A DNA stretch of 64,000 bases from an uncultured Chlamydiae bacterium (GTDB taxonomy: Bacteria > Chlamydiota > Chlamydiia > Chlamydiales > SM23-39): assembly GCA_963828125.1 (NCBI GenBank), contig CAWHDP010000001.1, forward strand, positions 381,413-445,412. Reading direction: 5' to 3'. The first letter of the stretch is position 1, and each line of letters opens with the position of its first letter. Both the position numbers and the translations under genes were made by a program. Below, piece after piece: positions 43,315 through 52,484 of the stretch. A model generated the notes under the pieces. It was not told the origin of the DNA. It worked only from the letters and a program-made list of their open reading frames with translations, and did not search any database.

Positions 43315-43611
43315 TGTGAACGTGCGGGTATTTCAAGGAATACATTTTACGAGTGGCTTAAAGAACCTCAATTTAAATCAGAGCTAGAGAGGTTACGCAA
43401 CGAGATTGTAAACGAAGCCGTGAATCATTTGAAGATCACGTCAACCAAGGCAGCAAAAACTCTAGGTGATTTATTAGAACGTAACGACAGCCCTGCTGTG
43501 CAAAGAGCCGCTGCAAACGATGTTTTGGGGCACGTTATGAAATTTATGGAGTTGAAAGAATTAGAGGATCGTCTTGCCGATATAGAAAGACATATGGGCA
43601 GGCAACAATAA
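43315..43611 (+). pseudogene. 5'-truncated HTH protein, terminase-small-subunit-like
   Basis: CERAGISRNTFYEWLKEPQFKSEL followed by helical tail ELEDRLADIE. Confidence 0.55.
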
Positions 43612-43636
43612 AAATCGCAGAAAGTGGGAGGTAACC

Positions 43637-43924
43637 ATGCGAATGAAAGAAAGAATCAAACGTATTGAAAAATCTTGTCCTTGTGACTTGATTGCTTTTT
43701 TCTCTGTTCCGAATCGGTATTCTGAATCAGAGCGAGCTAAAATTGAAAAACAGCTTTGGGATGAATATTTAGAACAGGGAGGCTCTCCGAGAGCACACCC
43801 TGCCTTTATTGCTGGCTTAACAGGGGAAAATCTGCCTATGTTTCTTTGTGTGAAAAGTAAACGAGAAGTTCTGGCAGAAATAGAAGAGGCTGGAAGACAG
43901 CGAATGGCCTCTCTGAAAAGATAG
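43637..43924 (+). CDS. Hypothetical protein
   Basis: RBS GGAGG; converges on the integrase stop. Confidence 0.6.
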   Translation: MRMKERIKRIEKSCPCDLIAFFSVPNRYSESERAKIEKQLWDEYLEQGGSPRAHPAFIAGLTGENLPMFLCVKSKREVLAEIEEAGRQRMASLKR

Positions 43925-43926
43925 CA

Positions 43927-44988
43927 TCATTTCCCCTGAAAAGCTTTGTCCACATCATCCACAATATGTTTAAGGCGGGCTCCTTCGATGTGGGTATAGC
44001 GAGAAAGCTGCTGAAGGGTTTGATGTCCTGTAATGGCTTTAATCTGAAGAATAGACGCGCCAGATTGAGCAGCTGTTGTACAGAATAAATGCCTGAAATC
44101 ATGAATGTGCAGATCATCAATAGCTGCCAAAGCGAGAGCTTTATAAAAGGCTTTGTGTATAGAGACTTTACCGCCAGAGAGTTTACTCCGAAAGACGAGA
44201 CCCTTTCTATCCTGGATGGGAGCAACGTTTTCTAAAACCGCTTTTGCTTCGTTGCTTAACGGAACTGAACGTGGAAGACTATTTTTAGTATCTCTTAAAA
44301 AGACCACATTCTGGCTTAAGTTTACATCCACCCATTCTAGCTTTTGCAATTCACCAAGCCTCATTCCTGAGCGCATAGCTAAGAAAATCATGGGGTAGAG
44401 ATTTTTTGATTTGCTTTTCTTGCAAGCTTCAAGGAGCCTGTCGATCTCTTCATTGCTTAACAATCGATTGCGTGATGGCCCTTCGTTGAATTTGGAAACA
44501 AGAAGGCAGGGATTAGTGTGTAACCACCCACATTCTTCGACACCGTATGTAAGAGCCACCGAAAGAGATGCCAGATAGCGGTTAGCAGTTTTAGGAGAGA
44601 GGGGTTTACCATATCTGTTAGGTTTATCTAGAAGCAAATCCCTGGTCTGAGCAATGACATCAGCAGATATTTTATTAAGCGAGAGATTGCCTAACTGGGT
44701 TTTCCACCAGAGAAGGTGCTGCTCAGTATTTCGTGCGTTTTTTGGCTTTGAAGGGAGAACCTTTGCGATGTAGCGATCAATGAGCTCATCAAGTTTGTTC
44801 TGCTTGGAGGTCATGGTAGGAAAGTACATGCCCTGCCTACGCTTTGTTTCTTCTTGAGCCTTCCAAGTCCTGGCTTCCATTAGGGTCGGGAAGCTTTTTG
44901 ATTGTGGGGGCAAGCCATCGTTTAATCTGACTTGAGCTCTGTAGCTATAGCCGCCATGTTTGTTTTTGATTTTCTGTATTCCACGCAT
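43927..44988 (-). CDS. Tyrosine integrase (intact; likely start 44988)
   Basis: GMRLGE, TKN, HDFRH, TGH, RYTH. Confidence 0.92.
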   Translation of the reverse strand: MRGIQKIKNKHGGYSYRAQVRLNDGLPPQSKSFPTLMEARTWKAQEETKRRQGMYFPTMTSKQNKLDELIDRYIAKVLPSKPKNARNTEQHLLWWKTQLGNLSLNKISADVIAQTRDLLLDKPNRYGKPLSPKTANRYLASLSVALTYGVEECGWLHTNPCLLVSKFNEGPSRNRLLSNEEIDRLLEACKKSKSKNLYPMIFLAMRSGMRLGELQKLEWVDVNLSQNVVFLRDTKNSLPRSVPLSNEAKAVLENVAPIQDRKGLVFRSKLSGGKVSIHKAFYKALALAAIDDLHIHDFRHLFCTTAAQSGASILQIKAITGHQTLQQLSRYTHIEGARLKHIVDDVDKAFQGK

Positions 44989-45038
44989 CTCAGCACCTTT
45001 TGGTTTGCTGCTGCGTGCTGTGCTTTTTAGTGAAACTG

Positions 45039-45056
45039 TGTGCATTATTTGTGCAT
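45039..45056. repeat. Arm-type doublet TGTGCAT x2
   Basis: 11-bp period; lies between att core and integrase start. Confidence 0.6.
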
Positions 45057-45129
45057 CGACAGTTTTTTCGTCTTTAACATGATCCACTAAATCACACCTA
45101 ACTTGTTAAGGATAAGCGTATTGAGAAAA

Positions 45130-45177
45130 TGGGGCAACCTGGACTTGATACCTAAGGCCCGACGGGTTATGAGTCCG
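45130..45177 (-). repeat. att core: tRNA(CAU) 3' half, aberrant T-arm version
   Basis: Identical to 26298-26345. Confidence 0.88.
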
Positions 45178-45349
45178 CAGCACCCGCGCCGCTTCCCAGC
45201 AGCTAACTCCCCAAAATCATAGCGGAAAGCATCCCTTTCCAGCTACTGTGAACTGTCGTGAATTATCGCTCTTTTTTGTATGCCAGTGGTCCACAAATGG
45301 TCCACGAGATTTTAGCGGAAAAGAGCTGGTAGTACATCAAGTGCAAGTT

Positions 45350-45655
45350 TTATATTGCTCTAATGGCTGCATTCACGACTAAAAAAGTGGCAAAAGCAAG
45401 CAACGGCAATGCACAGGAAATGATAGTGTGTTTATATTTCCCAGTTCGATATTTAGACCATATTAAATAGATGCTGAATGGTATAGAGATAGGGACCCAA
45501 AACCATGAAAATATAATAAAAAACTCCAGTGTTTTATCAGAGTCAGAAGCGGCGCCCCATAATAAAGCCATCCAGGTGAAAACAGGGAAAAGCATTACAT
45601 ATGCTACCGTCGAAATAACGGCAAAATATTTGGCACGGGCCTGGTTGGCATTCAT
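45350..45655 (-). CDS. Small membrane protein (immunity candidate)
   Basis: Three hydrophobic segments; overlaps the upstream gene's stop. Confidence 0.65.
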   Translation of the reverse strand: MNANQARAKYFAVISTVAYVMLFPVFTWMALLWGAASDSDKTLEFFIIFSWFWVPISIPFSIYLIWSKYRTGKYKHTIISCALPLLAFATFLVVNAAIRAI

Positions 45656-47109
45656 GGACGCCCGTATTTTTTCGTGATCATTTGAACTGCGGCTTGGTAA
45701 CAGCTACTGCTAAATCGGTGCTTCCATTTGGGATCAGGGTCTAATACAGTAACATTGCTGATTTTTGAGAATTCCTTTTCATAGTGTTTCATTCGTTGTT
45801 TCGTATAAGTCTCAATCGTTTTGGGATTGGTAGAATCCAAATCTAACATCGCATCGTATAAAGCTAATTGGTAGATCACTTCTTGTTCACTGCGGCCTTC
45901 TTTACTGCCGAAGTATCGTTGTAATGCAAGGTATTGAACATTGGGAGATCCCAAACGACAAACGAAATCTGCTGCACTGGCATAATTATGTGAATCTGGA
46001 TGACTTTTTCCTGCTGCAATAAATGACCCACCACCAAAAGTAAAAATGATGAGTTGCTCTCTTTCTTTTTTACTCAGAATTTCAAGAGCATGTTCAGTGA
46101 TAATAGCTCCCTGACTATGAGCCATGATAATCACAAGGGGATGAGTCTCATCTTTTTTCGATTCACTGAGGAGATATCGAAAAAATTTAGCTGCCCATTG
46201 GACAATCGGGGTGTCAGCAGTAAGTTTTAAGGCTACACAGACCAATGCGTCTTTTACTCCATACAGCACGGTATCGTTCGGCATAGAGTAAACGCGTTCT
46301 CCTCTTGCAGCCAGGGAAATTTTCTCGGCTGATTCTAGAGCTTCGTCTTTAGTGTTGTTAATTCCATTGATAAATCCCCAAATGCATTGGCCAGGTTTGC
46401 CAGTGCCCACAGTACGGATTAATGTATCGATTTTTCCCTCAGATGGGAGTAACTCTGTTTCGCGTACTTTTAGATTTTGGATACAGTGGTTTGGTCTCGA
46501 ACGTAAGTGGACGGCGCCATTGTGTTCGTGTACAATAACACCATCCAAGCGGTGCGATTGAATCCACTCAATGGCTTCTTTTTTAGAGAGAACAATATTA
46601 TTTCCGATCAGATAGGTATCTTCTTTTCCTTTGACGTTTTCAATTTTGGCAATAATTTTAGGGAGAAGAGAAAACGCTTCGTTGCCTGTAGAGGCATACC
46701 CGCATAGCTTTTCAAGGCTGATGAGCAGACTGCTTAATTCCTGCTGATTTAGGAGCTTGATTTTTGTCTCTGGGGATATTTTGCTTAAAGAAGACAACTG
46801 ACTAATGAAAACATCTGGACTTTTGGGCTGGTAATGTTCCGCAAGAGCTTTAAAGGATGAGTTGAAATATTTCTTGGAGTGAATCCATGCTGCTAATGCT
46901 TTGCGACCTTCTTGCGGTTGAGAGAAAATTGCATAAGGGCCAAAGCTTCCTATGGAACCAAGTCTCCGAGAGAAGTGAGTATGACTATGTACTAATCCAG
47001 GATTATTGATGCGCCAAGCTAAGCTGCCGCCTGTGGCGACATATTTGTTTCCAGCAGAATCAAAATAAAAAACGACTTCGTCGTTATATTTATAGGCAGA
47101 TTTATACAT
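45652..47109 (-). CDS. Multidomain protein: RxNNPG module + DUF3892-like segment + alpha/beta-hydrolase
   Basis: AWRINNPGL; HLRSRPN; FINGINN...AHSQG. Confidence 0.7.
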   Translation of the reverse strand: MYKSAYKYNDEVVFYFDSAGNKYVATGGSLAWRINNPGLVHSHTHFSRRLGSIGSFGPYAIFSQPQEGRKALAAWIHSKKYFNSSFKALAEHYQPKSPDVFISQLSSLSKISPETKIKLLNQQELSSLLISLEKLCGYASTGNEAFSLLPKIIAKIENVKGKEDTYLIGNNIVLSKKEAIEWIQSHRLDGVIVHEHNGAVHLRSRPNHCIQNLKVRETELLPSEGKIDTLIRTVGTGKPGQCIWGFINGINNTKDEALESAEKISLAARGERVYSMPNDTVLYGVKDALVCVALKLTADTPIVQWAAKFFRYLLSESKKDETHPLVIIMAHSQGAIITEHALEILSKKEREQLIIFTFGGGSFIAAGKSHPDSHNYASAADFVCRLGSPNVQYLALQRYFGSKEGRSEQEVIYQLALYDAMLDLDSTNPKTIETYTKQRMKHYEKEFSKISNVTVLDPDPKWKHRFSSSCYQAAVQMITKKYGRP

Positions 47110-47118
47110 ACATATCTT

Positions 47119-47562
47119 TTACTTCTCTTTCTTTGCTAAGCCAAGCAAATGTGACATGCCCGCCTTGAAGTTATAAAGGGCTTTCGATTTTTTAAGTACC
47201 TTCTGTGCATTTCGCAATAATGCGTCATCTTCTTCAAGAACTTTCTGCATGATCTGGAGATGGCGGTCTGCTTGCTCAACATCCCCTGTTTCGCAAAAAT
47301 ATCTAACCATAAAGTATTCAAAAGCCCTAACTTCTGAAATATGAAAGACAGTTCGATGCGGGTACAATTGTCTCAACGTATAGGCCCCTTTGAAAATTTC
47401 AAGAGCTTTTTCAGGAAAGCCATCTCTAAGGTAGATATTTGCTTGTGCTGTTTGGGCGAATAGATAATCGGGAAATTTTTCATATGTCTTAGCGATGAGT
47501 TTTTCTACTTGATCTTGTTGCCCTAAATGGTCGTACCCATTTGCTATGTAATTAAGGATCAC
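47119..47562 (-). CDS. TPR-like protein, probably 5'-truncated
   Basis: Helical repeats, FPDYLFAQ, LYPHRTVFHISE. Confidence 0.55.
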   Translation of the reverse strand: MILNYIANGYDHLGQQDQVEKLIAKTYEKFPDYLFAQTAQANIYLRDGFPEKALEIFKGAYTLRQLYPHRTVFHISEVRAFEYFMVRYFCETGDVEQADRHLQIMQKVLEEDDALLRNAQKVLKKSKALYNFKAGMSHLLGLAKKEK

Positions 47563-47718
47563 TTGAAGGATTTAGTTCGATTTCCTCTTCTTGATCCATT
47601 GCGACCTCTTTTTCTCACCTTTGGATTATTCAATAGCGTCATGACAAAAAAAATTGAAACGAGGCATGGCCGGTCTCTCTTGCAATGGAGACATTTTAAA
47701 GAGAAGATCAATTTTAAT

Positions 47719-50553
47719 CTATCGCAAATGAAGGCTGTTGGTTGTCTTGTTCTCTAGGTGTTTGCTCAAAACGCGAAGAATAGAATCCAAGACATCATCA
47801 AGGCGTTTACCCACATCTTCGGCTAGGAATCGCAAAACTGTATAGCCATTTTCTTGTAATAAGGCATCTTTGCGCCGGTCTCGACGATAAGCCTCGGCAT
47901 TGCCAAGATGCTGAGCGCCATCAAGTTCAATCGCGAGATGAGCATTCATACAGAGCAGATCTACTTCCATTTGGCCCCACCCATCGAAAGGAATACCAAG
48001 TTCTGCATTCAGTCGAAATTGCCCAGCTGTTTGAGCGATTGTCTCTAGGCGGCGGAATAAAAAACGTTCTGTTGCACTACGCGCGCGGTCAGCTCCTTCC
48101 GCTTCAGGAGGAAAATGTGAAGCGACCTGAACAAAAAGGTGGGCTAGGGGCATGTCCATGCCGTCGCGAATCAGTCTTTTCACACTGCTCGCATAATCTG
48201 CTTTCCAGGCTGGGTCAACTGGAAGAGGCACTTCCACTGGCCATCCAGGAATAGCGCTGGCGGGGAGAAGGATCTTATATCCCACTGCTTCATATCCCTG
48301 GCATCTCCGATTAAACATTCTTTCCAACATAGGCACGCCAAGATCTGCATAATCATAGACCTGTGCTTCTTGTTTTTGTGCATACAGACGGTGGAGTCTA
48401 CCAACATACTGTGCGATGGTTCCTTTCCATGAAATGGGCATGGTGAGAAATAGGGTATCTAGACGTGCATCGTCAAACCCTTCGCCGACGAATTTGCCTG
48501 TTGCAAGTAGAACTCTAGCCTCATTTGCTGGAATAGTAGCTAAACGGCTGGTCGCTTGAGCAATTTCTTTTGAACTCATGCCTCCACGAAGCACTATCAG
48601 ATGATGGATATGAGGGGAAAGCTTTTCAAACAAACAATCAAGATGATCGTTTCGTTCAGTGAGTATGATGGGGGATCTGCCTCTTTGGACTGCACTCACC
48701 ACATCATTAAAAATCAACCGATTGCGTTCTTCATCTCGGATGATTTCCTCATATAAATCATGGAATCGAAGGCGTGTATCTTCATTAGCGGGCTTCACTG
48801 GAGTGAAAGAAGTAGGTCTGACAAAAACAGTATGTTCGAAAGGGCGCAACATGGCAGCCGTTTTGGCATCGACTCGATATCTTACAGGTCCGCATCGCAT
48901 GAGGATAATCGGGTGATGACCATCCTTTCGAGTTACAGTGGCGGTCAAACCTGTGATGAATTTTGCTTTTGAGTGGCGAGCAACTTGCTCAAAGCTGAAC
49001 GCTGGCAAATGGTGGCATTCATCAACGATCAGATGTCCATATTGAGAGACTACATCATCCACAATATTTTTACGCACAAGACTCTGAATCACTGCTATAT
49101 CGATTAGCCCGGTTGGTTTCTTTCTCCCGCCACCAATACGGCCTATGGCATTTTTTGGCAATTCGAGAAATGTGGATAACCGCTCTATCCACTGCTCTTG
49201 CAGTTGCTTGCGGTGTACAAGAATCAAGGTATTTACTTTTCGTTTTGAGATAAGCCATGCACCAATCACAGTTTTTCCGAAGGCTGTAGTCGTTGACAAC
49301 ACGCCAAAATCTGTTTTCAGCATGGTCACTGCAGCTGTTTTTTGTTCCCCTCTGAGCTCCCCTAGAAATTTTGTATTGAGCAACGTCCCTGACTGGAGCT
49401 CATTTCGAATCGTTAAATTGATTTTCAACTCTGAAAACAAGTGATAGACATCTTCAAGGCAGCCTCGTGGTAGTCCTATGTGATCTTGGTAATCCGCGAC
49501 ACAAGAAATCATTCTGGGTGTTTCATGCGTGGGAAGTCGCATTGCCTGGGCTTTATAAAACTCGGGATTTGGAAACGCCGCAAGACGGATTAATCGGTTT
49601 CTTAGACCTGGAGACAACCCATTTTTAGGGATGTAAATTTCATTCCCAATAATGATCTCTAAACTTTCTGGTAAATCTGTAGATGGAAGAAGGATTTTGC
49701 TGGGAATGAATTGCCTGTTCCAGGGGGTGAGATCATCTTCTTCGTTCACTATTCTTAGGTGAGTTCCAACAATACGCCCCTTTCCTTCAGCGCGATGGAC
49801 AATTATCTCAGCTTCCTGACGAGTGATTTTGCTTAAAGATGAAAGAAATGCCCACTGGTCCTCGTAAGCAATCAAATCCTCATTCACAAACACGCTATTT
49901 CCAAGATCTCGAGCTTTCTTTTGTAGGGGCAGGGCAATTAGATTTCCAAATCCTCCTTGAGGCAACGTGTCTTGGTTGGGAAAGAATCGGTCATAGGAAT
50001 CAAGTCCGACATCCGGGCGATGTTCCATCGTTTCAGTAAGAATATGACATCCCAATTTTCGAGCGAGTATGGCTGGAATTGCTTCAGCAAAAAATAACCA
50101 GACATGGGCCCCTTTTCCCGAGCGAGAGCGCTCCAAAGCCGCGGGCAAGTTCAACTCTTGACAGGTTTTTAGAAAAGCCCTGGCGTCCTCTTTCCAGCTG
50201 GACTTATCAAAATCGGCAGCTAGAAAGAAGCAGGTTTCGTTGAGCAGCATCGGATAAATGCCCATGACGAAATCTTTTCCAAAATCATCGTGACCGGAAA
50301 GGTGCCATCGTACCACATCGTAGGCTACGGGTAGAAGCTTGCGGTGTCTGCATTCAGAGCATTTGATTTTTGACTTTTCGCAAATTCCTCGGACCCATTC
50401 GTTGCCGCATGCGGGTGAGTAGCCCGATTTTCCCGTTTTTTTACTTTCGAATCGACGAGGATATAGATCTTCGCGTCCTCGGAAAAGGGAACGGAATAGA
50501 GCGATTTTGGCACAAGAAGTTGATTTTTGGGTGGCTTGAAGTTTCTCTTCCAT
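47719..50553 (-). CDS. TOTE-type primase-like domain + SF2 helicase + DUF559 nuclease
   Basis: DFD, ERSRSGKGAHVW, GNLIALPLQ; AFGKT, DECHH, TAT, QYVGRLHR; ELDGAQH...RDRRKD. Confidence 0.85.
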   Translation of the reverse strand: MEEKLQATQKSTSCAKIALFRSLFRGREDLYPRRFESKKTGKSGYSPACGNEWVRGICEKSKIKCSECRHRKLLPVAYDVVRWHLSGHDDFGKDFVMGIYPMLLNETCFFLAADFDKSSWKEDARAFLKTCQELNLPAALERSRSGKGAHVWLFFAEAIPAILARKLGCHILTETMEHRPDVGLDSYDRFFPNQDTLPQGGFGNLIALPLQKKARDLGNSVFVNEDLIAYEDQWAFLSSLSKITRQEAEIIVHRAEGKGRIVGTHLRIVNEEDDLTPWNRQFIPSKILLPSTDLPESLEIIIGNEIYIPKNGLSPGLRNRLIRLAAFPNPEFYKAQAMRLPTHETPRMISCVADYQDHIGLPRGCLEDVYHLFSELKINLTIRNELQSGTLLNTKFLGELRGEQKTAAVTMLKTDFGVLSTTTAFGKTVIGAWLISKRKVNTLILVHRKQLQEQWIERLSTFLELPKNAIGRIGGGRKKPTGLIDIAVIQSLVRKNIVDDVVSQYGHLIVDECHHLPAFSFEQVARHSKAKFITGLTATVTRKDGHHPIILMRCGPVRYRVDAKTAAMLRPFEHTVFVRPTSFTPVKPANEDTRLRFHDLYEEIIRDEERNRLIFNDVVSAVQRGRSPIILTERNDHLDCLFEKLSPHIHHLIVLRGGMSSKEIAQATSRLATIPANEARVLLATGKFVGEGFDDARLDTLFLTMPISWKGTIAQYVGRLHRLYAQKQEAQVYDYADLGVPMLERMFNRRCQGYEAVGYKILLPASAIPGWPVEVPLPVDPAWKADYASSVKRLIRDGMDMPLAHLFVQVASHFPPEAEGADRARSATERFLFRRLETIAQTAGQFRLNAELGIPFDGWGQMEVDLLCMNAHLAIELDGAQHLGNAEAYRRDRRKDALLQENGYTVLRFLAEDVGKRLDDVLDSILRVLSKHLENKTTNSLHLR

Positions 50554-50667
50554 TTAGGGCCAATAAATTTCAAGGAAAGTATAGAGGGTTCGACCCATCT
50601 TTACAAGTCCTTAAATATGACGATATTGCGCATGCAGCAGTAAGTTTCTGCGGACCAAGACAATGTA

Positions 50668-50985
50668 TTGGTTATCGCAAGAGCCTTTGGAGGTGCTGTG
50701 ATCAACCTAGAAAAGTTGGGTTTCATGGATAGAATTAACAATGGAATCCTGGAGCTTCTGACTGAGAGAACCGCATATGTCAAGCGAGCGGGTGATTTAA
50801 AATCTCGTACCACTAAAATTGCCGATGATAGACAAAGAGTAGCTGATCAAGAGAGGAAAATTATCGATAAGTCGATTGAATTAGGGCTTCCTATAGAAAT
50901 TAGCCTTCCTGCTTTTAGAGCGATAATGGAGACTTCGATGCAATTTCAGCAGGGATACATCGATCATTTACCTTTGCAAAACTGA
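50668..50985 (+). CDS. Chorismate mutase type II-like protein (start uncertain)
   Basis: DRINNGILELLTERTAYVKRAGDLK...DRQR. Confidence 0.65.
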   Translation: MVIARAFGGAVINLEKLGFMDRINNGILELLTERTAYVKRAGDLKSRTTKIADDRQRVADQERKIIDKSIELGLPIEISLPAFRAIMETSMQFQQGYIDHLPLQN

Positions 50986-50994
50986 GTGTAAATT

Positions 50995-52083
50995 CTATCT
51001 TGGAATAATTTTTTCATTCAGAATTGTCGCAGTTTTGTAAACGTGTGCATCAGAAAGATGGGCATATCTCCTGGTCATTTGGATCGTTTTATGGCCGAGC
51101 AGAGTCCCGATTTCTAGGAGGCTCGCTTGATTCATGGCTAAGTAGGAAGCAGCTGTATGCCGAAGGTCGTGAAAGCGGAAGTTGGAAATGTTGGCTTTAC
51201 TTAGAGCAGTTTCCCAAGCAGAGCGGATGTCAATAGGTTTACATGGAGAATGTGGAGCGGGAAATACGAGAGAGTCAATGACTTGATTGACGTATTTTGA
51301 ACGCAAAAGATCTAGAGCTGTTCCGACGAGAGGGATAAAACGCCGCTCACCATTCTTTGTGATTTGTAAGAGGATTGAACCTCGAGCTAGATCGATATCG
51401 CTCCATTTGAGATTCATGATTTCGCCTCTTCTCATGCCTGTCGAAAGAGCCAGTATAACAATTGGGTAGAGTCCTTTTGATTCGCTTTTTTTACAAACTT
51501 GGAGCAGTCTTTCTTTTTCATCATCGTTGAGAAATCGTGTTCTCCCGTTGGATATTTTCGGCTTTGAGATTTTCATAATGGGATTTTCCTGGATCCATTC
51601 CCAATCCTTAATCGCAATAGAGAAGGCATGAGACAAACTGGCAAGGTAGCGAACTACGGTTGTGGAAGAACGGATTGTGCCTTTACAAGTTAGCCCTGAG
51701 AGCAGCTCATCCCGTTTCTGCGCGATGAGGCTTGGTTTGATGTCGGAAAGTAGGCAGTGTCCCAGTTCCTGTTTCCACCAGAGAAGATGTTGACGGACGT
51801 TTCTTGCATTTTTTGGTTTTGACGGAAGAACTCTGTCGATATAGCGATCGATCAGCTCCGCTAAAGTATTTCTGCTGCCAGGTTGGTCATATGCATATTT
51901 GCCTTGTTCAACAGCTGATTCAGTGTCGCGTTTCCATTTCATGGCGAGAGTTTTGGAGGTGAATGATTGGATGAGGACTGGATGTTCTTTGATGCGAACG
52001 CGGGCGCGGTAAGAAACCGTCCCGTCTTTGTGGGTGCGTTTGTCGATGCCTTTCATGAAGCTACCTTTGGTTTTAATTTTCAA
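50995..52083 (-). CDS. Tyrosine integrase (intact; likely start 52056)
   Basis: GMRRGE, TKN, FHDLRH, LGHKTIQMTRRYAH. Confidence 0.93.
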   Translation of the reverse strand: MKIKTKGSFMKGIDKRTHKDGTVSYRARVRIKEHPVLIQSFTSKTLAMKWKRDTESAVEQGKYAYDQPGSRNTLAELIDRYIDRVLPSKPKNARNVRQHLLWWKQELGHCLLSDIKPSLIAQKRDELLSGLTCKGTIRSSTTVVRYLASLSHAFSIAIKDWEWIQENPIMKISKPKISNGRTRFLNDDEKERLLQVCKKSESKGLYPIVILALSTGMRRGEIMNLKWSDIDLARGSILLQITKNGERRFIPLVGTALDLLRSKYVNQVIDSLVFPAPHSPCKPIDIRSAWETALSKANISNFRFHDLRHTAASYLAMNQASLLEIGTLLGHKTIQMTRRYAHLSDAHVYKTATILNEKIIPR

Positions 52084-52224
52084 AGGTTAGCTGCTAGGCT
52101 TATCGCCAATTGTTGTAGGCGAGTGGTCCATAAGTGGTCCACGGATGTGAACCGCGCTTTGGGCTGATTTTGGTGCTGTATCGCAACCAGCTCAGTTTCA
52201 GCCTTATGAAACCAAAAAGAAATA

Positions 52225-52273
52225 TGGGGCAGCCTGGGATTGAACCAGGGACCGACGGGTTATGAGTCCGTCG
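52225..52273 (-). repeat. att core: canonical 3' half of tRNA-Met/Ile2(CAU)
   Basis: Minus strand GACGGACTCATAACCCGTCGGTCCCTGGTTCAATCCCAGGCTGCCCCA with a normal T-arm; no matching 5' acceptor strand. Confidence 0.9.
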
Positions 52274-52292
52274 TACTTGCTACCATCGGCAG

Positions 52293-52442
52293 CACTCATT
52301 CGCTGCTCACAGCAGTAGAGTAACCCATCCGCCGCCTTCCTTTCAACTGCTGACTGTTGACCAGGCATGTCCAAAATAGGGTCGAACTGTGTCTCAACTG
52401 TGTCGCGATTGTGTCTGAAAAAAGGGTTATTTTTCGGATATC
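52293..52442. repeat. 150-bp element-end repeat, copy 1
   Basis: Near-identical to 58188-58337. Confidence 0.9.
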
Positions 52443-52484
52443 TCTAGTTGGTCGCTCTTTACACAATTTCTTGACTATCTTAGG

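Larger units (their letters stand above)
45178..52273 (-). mobile_element. Apparently complete 7.1-kb integrative element
   Basis: att cores on both sides, TGGTCCA doublets at 45287/45298 and 52124/52135, intact integrase. Confidence 0.8.

Noticed and set aside
43144..43611. 155-aa ORF as a real gene
   Set aside because: The first 57 codons are an alternative frame inside IS66; only 43315 onward is the interrupted gene
45140..45177. dif/Xer site within the core (CCTAA...TTATG)
   Set aside because: The spacing is 11 nt rather than 6 and the arms do not match XerC/XerD consensus
52225..52300. Complete tRNA-Met/Ile gene
   Set aside because: The 3' half is canonical, but the upstream sequence cannot pair with the acceptor strand or form a D-arm, so it is treated as an att fragment
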